From Fidelibacterota bacterium (GTDB lineage: Bacteria; Fidelibacterota; Marinisomatia; Marinisomatales; TCS56), in contig JBDRBK010000040.1 in the NCBI GenBank assembly GCA_043822705.1, positions 1-31,312 of the forward strand: DNA of 31,312 bases, written 5' to 3'. Shown here piece after piece: positions 16,624 through 24,133 of the stretch (positions within the stretch are counted from its first letter, which is position 1; each line of letters opens with the position of its first letter). A program made the position numbers and the translations under genes. The notes under the pieces are model-generated. The model was given only the letters and a program-made list of their open reading frames with translations. It was not told where the DNA came from and searched no databases.

Positions 16624-17508
16624 GTTAGGTTACAAGGAAAGGAAAGATAGATGTCATTTATTATAACAACATACGTTAGAGAAGGTATTGTCATGGCAAG
16701 TGATAGTAGAATGACTTTAAATGCTACTAACCAGCAAGGCACCAATACTGTACAAATGGCCGTTGGACAATCAGATACTAATTATAAAACATTTTTAACT
16801 AATACTCATATTGGTATTTCCATATATGGGGATGCCGCAATTAACAATGTTCCAATAGCTGGGTTTATTGAATCATTCATATTTGAACATTTGCAGCAAG
16901 GTAACTATGACATTGAGCAAATCCCAGCTGAACTATTATCATACTTTAGTACCTATTCACATATGCCGAATACAAGATTTCATATCGCGGGTTACAAAAA
17001 AAATGGGAATGTTTATGAACAGCAAATTTGGGAAGTGAATTTAGCTAATAATTCATCATCTCAATTAAATCAAGCTAATCAGCAGGGAGTGACCTGGGGT
17101 GGTGAAGGGGATATTATTTCAAGAATAATACTTCCGGTTTTTCAAAAGGATTCAAATGGTAATTATCAACCAGTCCCACATCATAGTATCCCATATCAGT
17201 TTTTTACATTGCAGGATGCAATTGACTTTTCAGTTTATGCGATACGGACTACTATTGATACTTTAAGATTCCAGCCAAGACCAAAAACTGTTGGTGGCCC
17301 CATAGATGTACTTGTTTTAAAACCCGCAGATTCATTTTGGGTCAGTAGAAAAGAATTAACAATTTAGAATCCCTTGTAACCTAACCCCCGCTGCTACGGA
17401 CGTGAAGGGCTGGCAGCATAGAAAAGAGGAATTTGAGATAAAATATGTTAATTTCAGGGCAAATGAATTATACTAATAACTTTCACGACTTGACCTACCT
17501 CGTTAACC
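16624..17508 (+). mobile_element. Integron-type gene cassette (solitary, decayed attC)
   Basis: GTTAGGT (GTTRRRY) at 16624 lies 27 nt before the ATG; ACCTAAC (RYYYAAC) at 17379-17385 follows the stop. 16624-16637 and 17372-17385 are perfect 14-bp inverted repeats. The single ORF is AT-rich. The right half of attC is only partly recognisable. Confidence 0.62.
16651..17367 (+). CDS. Proteasome-subunit-like Ntn-hydrolase-fold protein with N-terminal Ser
   Basis: N-terminus (M)SFIITTYVREGIVMASDSRMT and C-terminal TVGGPIDVLVL resemble the beta-subunit/HslV/Anbu patterns T-x-x-G...G-x-V-x-A-x-D-x-R and GG-x-I. AAGGAAAGG RBS; markedly AT-rich. Confidence 0.68.
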   Translation: MSFIITTYVREGIVMASDSRMTLNATNQQGTNTVQMAVGQSDTNYKTFLTNTHIGISIYGDAAINNVPIAGFIESFIFEHLQQGNYDIEQIPAELLSYFSTYSHMPNTRFHIAGYKKNGNVYEQQIWEVNLANNSSSQLNQANQQGVTWGGEGDIISRIILPVFQKDSNGNYQPVPHHSIPYQFFTLQDAIDFSVYAIRTTIDTLRFQPRPKTVGGPIDVLVLKPADSFWVSRKELTI

Positions 17509-17554
17509 TTCCCGGAAATTTAATTCAGAGTCAAATGCCACTACACAATCAGTG

Positions 17555-17582
17555 GTAGGGACAAGACATGTCTTGTCCCTAC
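17555..17582. repeat. Perfect 28-bp palindrome, GTAG-type REP; may serve as terminator between convergent genes
   Basis: GTAGGGACAAGACATGTCTTGTCCCTAC equals its own reverse complement and begins with the GTAG tetranucleotide. Confidence 0.75.
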
Positions 17583-17586
17583 GAAT

Positions 17587-17970
17587 CTATTTAATCACCT
17601 GCACCGTCACCCAGCGTCCCAGCATGATTCCGCTCAGGCCCAGAAACAGTTGCAGGCCGATATTCAGGAAGCTGTGAAAGATCCGCTGATCATTGAACAG
17701 GTTCAGGGTTTCGTGGCCGAAGGTGGCGAATGTGGTGAACGAGCCCAGGAAGCCGACGATCAATAATAAATGGACTTCGGAAGAAAAACCCCAGCGCAGT
17801 TCCATCAGTTCGGTGAGGGCGCCGATGATAAAACAGCCCAGCACATTGACCACCAGCGTTCCCCACGGGAAGCCCGAGTCCGTGAATACATTATTTACCA
17901 GTCCGCTGACCGCGAACCGCATTATCGCACCGAAAAAACCGCCGGCGCCGACGATCATAATCTTCGCCAT
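17587..17970 (-). CDS. crcB: Fluoride channel Fluc/CrcB
   Basis: GGFFGAIMRF, FPWGTLVVNVLGCFIIG and GFLGSFTTFATF motifs. ATG 17970 follows AGGAG; a fluoride riboswitch lies upstream. Confidence 0.96.
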   Translation of the reverse strand: MAKIMIVGAGGFFGAIMRFAVSGLVNNVFTDSGFPWGTLVVNVLGCFIIGALTELMELRWGFSSEVHLLLIVGFLGSFTTFATFGHETLNLFNDQRIFHSFLNIGLQLFLGLSGIMLGRWVTVQVIK

Positions 17971-18011
17971 CCCAACTCCTGCCCGATTTCGTATTCGTAA
18001 TTCGTAATTCA

Positions 18012-18059
18012 ACAGGAGTCATCAGCCCGGCGGCGGTTAATGGCGGACTCCATCGCCCA
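18012..18059 (-). ncRNA. Fluoride (crcB-motif) riboswitch
   Basis: Minus strand reads GGCGATGGAGTCCGCC-ATTAACCGCCGCCGGGCTGATGACTCCTG: P1 GGCG/CGCC, pseudoknot GGAGTC/GACTCC, conserved AUG and AAC..GCUGAUG, about 40 nt upstream of crcB. Confidence 0.95.
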
Positions 18060-18142
18060 AAACGGTGGTTGAATTTACACCGCCCAACCCTGAGTCGAAT
18101 ACTGATAAGATAATGATTTACGATCAATCCCCGCCGGCTAGC

Positions 18143-18327
18143 GAGCGGGCACTCGGAGGGGTCAGAACACCCGCTCGGATGGGTCAGAACGCACGCTCGG
18201 ATGGGTCATAACACCCGCTCGGAGGGGTCAATACGTACGCTCGGATGGGTCAGAACGCACGCTCGGGGGGTGTCGAGCGGGCACTCGCAGGGGTCAGAAT
18301 GCGCACTCGGAGGGACCAGAACACCCG
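18143..18327. repeat. Tandem array B: ~8.4 degenerate 22-bp units, consensus GAACRCMCGCTCGGAKGGGTCA
   Basis: CTCG core at 18152, 18174, 18196, 18218, 18240, 18262, 18284 and 18306, an exact 22-nt period. Confidence 0.95.
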
Positions 18328-18565
18328 TATTGTCCCACCAATAGGGTCGTATCAGCTCACCAATTGCCTCGTTTGGGTTGGCCCATTGCCGGATTCAGGT
18401 AGACCTGTTGCCGGCCCTAAGCCGCCTCAGTACTTTACCGGTTACGTACCCAGCGACGGAAGATTCCTCTTTATCCTGCGGACTCATCGGAATGACACAA
18501 GGCCTGGTTGAATTTGACCCACCCCGTCCCGATAAATCGGGTCACCCCTCCCAGGAGGGGACTAT

Positions 18566-18742
18566 TAATGAAGCCCCCGGGCAGAGCCCGTGGTACCTCC
18601 AAGAAATACCCTCCTACGCCAAGGCTTCGGAGGGTTATCCGCAACTGGCGACATCCGCCATAGCAACAAGACATCATTTTGGGATGATGCTTCAGCATTC
18701 ATCCACGGGCAGAGCCCGTGGTTTTCTGCGTAGGCGGATAAA
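18566..18742. mobile_element. Small non-autonomous element with hairpin ends (IS200/IS605-type MITE-like)
   Basis: 17-bp direct repeat CGGGCAGAGCCCGTGGT at 18578-18594 and 18706-18722, each a hairpin. It sits between the hairpins CCCCTCCCAGGAGGGG and CCCCTCTTGAGAGGGG. No transposase is present. Confidence 0.5.
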
Positions 18743-18826
18743 TTCCCCTCTTGAGAGGGGACCTCACGCAGTGAGCAGGGGTGTGTAATAAAGCGTCTGC
18801 CCGAAGGTTAATGCCACCCTGAACTT

Positions 18827-18868
18827 GCCTGCGTACCTCTGGCGGACAGGGACAGGCTCAGCATGACA
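18827..18868 (+). repeat. 42-bp dispersed repeat, copy 1
   Basis: GCCTGCGTACCTCTGGCGGACAGGGACAGGCTCAGCATGACA; 39/42 identical to 19493-19534. Confidence 0.85.
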
Positions 18869-18911
18869 GGGAATTATTTCTCCTCGGCACCCTGGCTCCG
18901 ATGCCCGGTTC

Positions 18912-19346
18912 TCAATACTCCAGCAAGCCGGTATGGTAAATCAGCTTCCACTCACCATTCACCAGTGAATAGCCTTTTCCGGCCCGGCCCTGCCAGTGAA
19001 AATCTTTGCCATGGCGATCGCGCCAGAGCGTATCCACATCAACCACCGCAAAGGCGCCGTCACCCTGTTCGGTGACAGTTATCTTGACAGTCTTGCGCCG
19101 GTTATGCACCAGTGTATGGGTATCGAATAATTCCTGCCAACCGTTCCGCCAGCGCCGGTAATCATAGCGGCCCCATTCCAGCAGCCACTGGGCCGGATCA
19201 TGGGCCCCGTTGTGCGGCGGCCAGGGCCAGATCATATCGGGGTGCCAGATTGTCATCAACAGGTCGGCGTCCTGGGTGTCCCAGGCCCGGGTCTCGCGGT
19301 CGATGATTTCCTGAATTTCTTTTTCGATTTTATCCATTGGGTTCAC
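18912..19346 (-). CDS. SnoaL/NTF2-like (DUF4440-type) protein
   Basis: EIQEIIDRETRAWDTQDADLL..WHPD, GDGAFAVVDV and NGEWKLIYH fit an NTF2-like pattern. Start GTG 19346 or ATG 19337. Confidence 0.8.
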   Translation of the reverse strand: MNPMDKIEKEIQEIIDRETRAWDTQDADLLMTIWHPDMIWPWPPHNGAHDPAQWLLEWGRYDYRRWRNGWQELFDTHTLVHNRRKTVKITVTEQGDGAFAVVDVDTLWRDRHGKDFHWQGRAGKGYSLVNGEWKLIYHTGLLEY

Positions 19347-19492
19347 TGCCGGTTAAAATTGTCTATTACGCTGAACTGGACTGTCGGCCGCGACAAAGTG
19401 CGGATTGGACAAGAAGTGATCGGGAAGTCAGATAAGATCATGCTTCCCCGTCTGTGCAGCTCCAGTGGGCAGGCACTTGCTCATGCTTCCCC

Positions 19493-19534
19493 GCCTGCGT
19501 GCCTCCGGCGGGCAGGGACAGGCTCAGCATGACA
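19493..19534 (+). repeat. 42-bp dispersed repeat, copy 2 (preceded by a degenerate tandem partial copy at ~19438-19473)
   Basis: GCCTGCGTGCCTCCGGCGGGCAGGGACAGGCTCAGCATGACA; TCATGCTTCCCCG occurs at 19438 and 19481. Confidence 0.85.
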
Positions 19535-19639
19535 ACGTTTTTATTCACTCCGCTGCTCTCAGGCGCCTCATTACCTCCACCCTTTTACTCTTCCCTCAAT
19601 AATCCGACAACGCCGGTGTGGTCAGGGTCATTTCCATAT

Positions 19640-20914
19640 TCACTCTCCGTAATCCAGTTTGAAAGCGCTCAGGTCCGGGGCGAATTTACGGGGGCGGACC
19701 CGCTCGTATTCGTACACCGCCAGCCCCAGCTCATGCAGGAACGGGAAACCCACCTGATCGTATTCGTAGACGCCGTCGTTGAGGATTTCGTTCTCATTGA
19801 CATATAGCACCGCCGACAGGAAAAACTCCACCCCGTTGGCGAAATCGACGATGTAGGCATGGTCGATCAGGAAACCGTAGGCCTCACCGACCTTGTTGAA
19901 AATGCGGATATTTTCCGGCAGCGGCTCCTTCGAATTGCCGAACATGAAAAATTTGACGTAGCTGTCCCAGTAGTGCTCCGCATCGTAGCGGGGAAAGCGG
20001 CTTTCCCGCGGGAGCATCGACATCGAGCGTAACAGCAATTGCCGGTCGGCGGCGGTCAGGTCGAAGCGCTGCTCCGGCGGCACCGCAGCGGGAAATATCA
20101 GCGCGATCAGCAACCGCTGATAATCCAGCATGGTGATAAAATTCTTGTGACGAAAATCCTTCGGTTCCAGGACCACCGCTTCGCCGCGCAACTCCCCTTT
20201 TCCGAGGATGTAATCATCAGCCGGCAGGTCGTATTCCACCGGGTTGTACTGTTCCTCCTGCCAGTGGATAATGCCATCATCGCCATAGAAAATGCAGGGA
20301 TTGGTATGGCGGTTCTCCTCGGGCGACAGGGCGATCGACAGGCGGTGGACGAACCGGGCCGAGGAATAGGATTTGGCCCATAACCGCTCGTTCAGGTACT
20401 GCTGGCCGAGGAATTCGTACAGGCGGTTGAATGCTTCGTTGTCGCTGACAATCAGCGCCTGGTGCACGTAGTGGCCGATTGACGGCAGGCCGGTGGCGGA
20501 AGTTGAATCATGGTCGGTCACCCGCTGTCCGCTGTAACTGCTGTCGACCAGCAGGTAGGTGTCCCGATCGACGCCGGGAATGGCCATTCGGTGCAGTTTT
20601 TCCAGGGCCAGGGCCGCCGCCGGCAGTTTGATCGTGCTGGCGGGATAATAATATTCCCGCGGCCGATAGCGGTAGGTATGGGTCGTAAACCGCGGCGAAT
20701 TGTTCTGATCGCGGTCGATCTGGGTAAAGATGATCTGCAGCCGGTGCCGGTCGGCATTCTGCACGATCGGCCCGAATGCTTCCGGCTTCCCCGCCAGGAT
20801 CGTTTCCAGGGGATTGACAGCAACCGTTTCCGGCCGGTTACCGGTAGCGCATCCGGCTGTAAAAAAAACCGTTACCGCCCACAAGAATGCTATGATTGTT
20901 CGATTGATATGCAT
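19640..20914 (-). CDS. Class A beta-lactamase-related serine hydrolase lipoprotein
   Basis: Lipobox TAGC; YPASTIK (SxxK), VSDNEAFN (SDN) and FNKVG (KTG equivalent). At 424 aa it is longer than true class A enzymes. Confidence 0.82.
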   Translation of the reverse strand: MHINRTIIAFLWAVTVFFTAGCATGNRPETVAVNPLETILAGKPEAFGPIVQNADRHRLQIIFTQIDRDQNNSPRFTTHTYRYRPREYYYPASTIKLPAAALALEKLHRMAIPGVDRDTYLLVDSSYSGQRVTDHDSTSATGLPSIGHYVHQALIVSDNEAFNRLYEFLGQQYLNERLWAKSYSSARFVHRLSIALSPEENRHTNPCIFYGDDGIIHWQEEQYNPVEYDLPADDYILGKGELRGEAVVLEPKDFRHKNFITMLDYQRLLIALIFPAAVPPEQRFDLTAADRQLLLRSMSMLPRESRFPRYDAEHYWDSYVKFFMFGNSKEPLPENIRIFNKVGEAYGFLIDHAYIVDFANGVEFFLSAVLYVNENEILNDGVYEYDQVGFPFLHELGLAVYEYERVRPRKFAPDLSAFKLDYGE

Positions 20915-21027
20915 AGTTTTCTTTCGTTTTTGATTGCTGAATCGACGGATAAATTAATTCCGTTGGGGGAACGACCGTAGAAAGAATCTGCGGTCATTAC
21001 TGAATAATCCGCTAAACTCGATGGCTT

Positions 21028-22416
21028 ATGGAAACACACAACGGCTTTTATGAATTTCTGGACAATTTTCTGGCAAACTTTTCCGGCTTCATGTGGGGGA
21101 TGCCGCTGCTGGTGCTGCTGTTAGGCGGCGGAATTTATTTCACCCTGTACTGCCGCTTCGTACCCTTCCGCTATTTCCGTCACGGTATCGACGTGCTGAT
21201 GGGCAAATTCGACGACAAGGACGATCCCGGGGCGATACCCCATTACCAGGCCCTGTCTTCGGCTTTGGCTTCCACGGTGGGCATGGGCAATATCAGCGGC
21301 GTGTCGATCGCCATCGCCACCGGCGGACCGGGCGCCCTGTTCTGGATGTGGCTGTCAGCCGTTGTCGGTATGGCTACCAAATTCTTCACCTGCACGTTGT
21401 CGATCATGTATCGCGGCCGGGATGACGAAGGCGTGATCCAGGGTGGCCCGATGTATTATATCGAGCACGGTCTCGGTAAAAAATTCAAGTTTCTGGCGAT
21501 CATTTTCAGTGTGGCCGGCCTGTTCGGCTGCCTGGTCCCCTTCCAGGCCAACCAGTTGACCCAGATTATCCGCGATGAGGTCTTCCACAACGCCGGTATC
21601 TTCGCCGGTGATGCCCATATGGGTAATTTCCTGGTGGGAGTCGGCATGGCCGTGATTGTCGCCAGCGTAATCTTCGGCGGCATCAAGCGCATCGGCTATG
21701 TGGCCTCGCGGATGGTGCCGTTCATGGTGATCATCTACCTGGCGGCCGGAATCTACGTGCTGCTGACCAACCTGGGGGAAATCCCCAGTCTGTTCGGCTT
21801 AATCATGCGCGATGCCTTTACCGGCGAGGCAGTTCTCGGCGGTGCGGTGGGTGCGATTATTATCACCGGCATCAAGCGGGCGGCTTTTTCCAACGAGGCG
21901 GGTATCGGCACCGAAGCCATGGCCCACGGCGCTGCCAAGACCAAGGAACCGGTCCGCGAAGGACTGGTCGCCATGATCGGACCGTTCATCGATACGATCG
22001 TCGTCTGCACGATCACCGCCCTGGTGATTTTAGCCTCCGGCGCCTGGCAGACCAGCGAGGCCAACGGCGTGACCCTGACGACCATGGCCTTTACCGCCGA
22101 AATGGGCGTCACCGGCCGCTATGTGCTGATGCTCTGCGTCCTGATCTTCGCCTTGTCGACCATGATCGGTTATTCTTATTACGGCAGCAAGTGCACCAGT
22201 TACCTGTTCGGTTCGAAGGCTAAAAAGTATTACCGGATTTTCTACACCGTCTCGCTGATCGGCGGCGCGATGGCGTCGATCGATATGGCGGTCAATTTCA
22301 TCGACGGCATGTATGCCATCATGGCGATACCCACCATGACGGCCACGATCCTGCTGTCGCCCCGGGTGATGAAGGAAGCCCGGCGCTATTTCGCCACCTT
22401 AAAGCCGGCCCAATAA
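21028..22416 (+). CDS. Alanine/glycine:cation symporter (AGCS family)
   Basis: ALASTVGMGNISGV, GGPGALFWMW, GGPMYYI, FSNEAGIG and FIDTIVVCTIT signatures. Confidence 0.95.
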   Translation: METHNGFYEFLDNFLANFSGFMWGMPLLVLLLGGGIYFTLYCRFVPFRYFRHGIDVLMGKFDDKDDPGAIPHYQALSSALASTVGMGNISGVSIAIATGGPGALFWMWLSAVVGMATKFFTCTLSIMYRGRDDEGVIQGGPMYYIEHGLGKKFKFLAIIFSVAGLFGCLVPFQANQLTQIIRDEVFHNAGIFAGDAHMGNFLVGVGMAVIVASVIFGGIKRIGYVASRMVPFMVIIYLAAGIYVLLTNLGEIPSLFGLIMRDAFTGEAVLGGAVGAIIITGIKRAAFSNEAGIGTEAMAHGAAKTKEPVREGLVAMIGPFIDTIVVCTITALVILASGAWQTSEANGVTLTTMAFTAEMGVTGRYVLMLCVLIFALSTMIGYSYYGSKCTSYLFGSKAKKYYRIFYTVSLIGGAMASIDMAVNFIDGMYAIMAIPTMTATILLSPRVMKEARRYFATLKPAQ

Positions 22417-22474
22417 ATAACGCGTCCAGCCAGAGTCGCACTATGCAACCAGTTCAGTCCACAGGAGTCTGTCT

Positions 22475-24133
22475 ATGTCCCGTGCAATTACCCGTCGTAC
22501 GTTCATTAAAACCGGTTCGCTGGCAACCGCCGGCATAATCGTCGGATGCTCGATGCGCAATCGCTTTGAAATCATTATCCGCAACGGTTCGCTGCTGGAT
22601 GGCCTGGGTAAACCGGCCGTCCGCGCCGACCTGGGAATATCTGCCGGTAAAATCAGCTCCATCGGCGATCTGTCCGCCGCCACTGCCGACCGCGTGATCG
22701 ACGCCGCCGGTTATATGGTCGCTCCCGGATTCATTGATATTCATACCCATACCGACCTGGAAATCCTGGCCAATCCCCGCGGCGAAAGCAAAATTCGCCA
22801 GGGCATTACCACCGAAATCGCCGGTAATTGCGGCGCCTCGCCCTTCCCGATCGCACCGGAAGAACAGCACGAACGGGCGGCGGAATGGGCCGAAGAATAC
22901 CAGGTTCAGACCCGCTGGACCGATATCGGCGGTTTTTACGATGCCATCCGCGTCCAGGGTGTCGCCTTCAATTACGGCAGCCTGACCGGTCACGGCGACC
23001 TGCGGGCGGCGGTGGTGGGCCGGCATGCTGTGGCCCCTACTGACGATCAGTTGCGGCAGATGCGGCTGCTGCTGGACCGCTCCCTGGAACTGGGCAGTCT
23101 GGGGCTTTCCACGGGACTGGAATACGCCCCCGGCAGCTATGCCAAAACCGACGAACTGATCGCCTTGTGCAAAACGGTGTCCACCCGCGGCGGCATCTAT
23201 GCCACCCACATGCGTAATGAAGACGATACGGTGATCGAGGCGATCGAAGAAGCCTTGACAATCTGCCGCGAAACCGGCGTCTCCACCCAGCTTTCCCATC
23301 TGAAGGCCTGTAATAAAAACAACTGGCACAAAGTGCCGCAAATCCTGGAACTGCTGGACCGCGCCGCCGCTGAACTGCCGGTGACGGCCGACCGCTACCC
23401 TTACGATGCCTGGGGCACCGATCTCACCAGCTTCACGCCTCAGTGGGCCCGCCAAGGGGACACCGACGAACGGATCGCCCGATTGGAAGATCCGCAGCAG
23501 GCGGCGGAAATCATGGAATACGCCAACGGACGGGCTCAACGCATCGGCGGCTGGGACCGGGTGCTGATCAGCGGTTGCGAAACGCCGGCCAATAAAATCT
23601 GGGAAGGGATGGATATTTTGAGCTGCGCCGCCCGTCGCCGGCAAACACCGGCGGAGTTCGTGCGTTCGTTGCTGATTGAGGATCGCCTGGATGTGGGCTG
23701 CGTCGGTTTCGCCATGAGCGAGGACAACTTGAAACTGGTATTGAATTCACCCCACGTTTTGATCGGCTCCGACGGTACCGCCGTCGCCGATTACGGCATT
23801 CTCCACCGGGGCAAACCCCATCCGCGTTATTACGGTGCTTTTCCGCGGGTGCTGGGACGTTATGTCCGGGAGCAACAAGCATTGACGCTGCCGCAGGCTG
23901 TGCAAATGATGACCTCCATGCCTGCCAAAAAACTGAATCTGACCGGCCGCGGCGCCTTGATTGAGAAAAATTTCGCCGATATCACGATCTTCAACCCCGA
24001 CACGGTGATCGACAACGCCACCTTCGCCGATCCGCACCAGTATCCCAGCGGGATTGATTATGTGATCGTCAACGGCAAAGTCGTTATCGACCAGGGCCGG
24101 CATACCGACGTAATGGCGGGTGTGCTGCTGTGA
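22475..24133 (+). CDS. N-acyl-D-amino-acid deacylase (D-aminoacylase), predicted Tat lipoprotein
   Basis: TRRTFIK twin-Arg motif and IVGC lipobox; PGFIDIHTH, GNCG, THMRNE, SHLK, GSDG, HPRYYGAFPRVLG and GIDYVIVNG. Confidence 0.92.
   Translation: MSRAITRRTFIKTGSLATAGIIVGCSMRNRFEIIIRNGSLLDGLGKPAVRADLGISAGKISSIGDLSAATADRVIDAAGYMVAPGFIDIHTHTDLEILANPRGESKIRQGITTEIAGNCGASPFPIAPEEQHERAAEWAEEYQVQTRWTDIGGFYDAIRVQGVAFNYGSLTGHGDLRAAVVGRHAVAPTDDQLRQMRLLLDRSLELGSLGLSTGLEYAPGSYAKTDELIALCKTVSTRGGIYATHMRNEDDTVIEAIEEALTICRETGVSTQLSHLKACNKNNWHKVPQILELLDRAAAELPVTADRYPYDAWGTDLTSFTPQWARQGDTDERIARLEDPQQAAEIMEYANGRAQRIGGWDRVLISGCETPANKIWEGMDILSCAARRRQTPAEFVRSLLIEDRLDVGCVGFAMSEDNLKLVLNSPHVLIGSDGTAVADYGILHRGKPHPRYYGAFPRVLGRYVREQQALTLPQAVQMMTSMPAKKLNLTGRGALIEKNFADITIFNPDTVIDNATFADPHQYPSGIDYVIVNGKVVIDQGRHTDVMAGVLL

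Noticed and set aside
15269..18327. Arrays A and B as CRISPR or TIGR-type guide arrays
   Set aside because: Units are contiguous and degenerate with no unique spacers, and there are no cas or Nop-domain genes in the window.
15269..18327. Arrays A and B as ends of one composite element or plasmid origin
   Set aside because: The consensus sequences are not direct or inverted copies, and there is no rep, transposase or target-site duplication.
18245..18788. ORFs 18245-18511, 18378-18788 and 18471-18698
   Set aside because: They run across tandem repeats and hairpin elements; likely spurious, with no transposase motifs.
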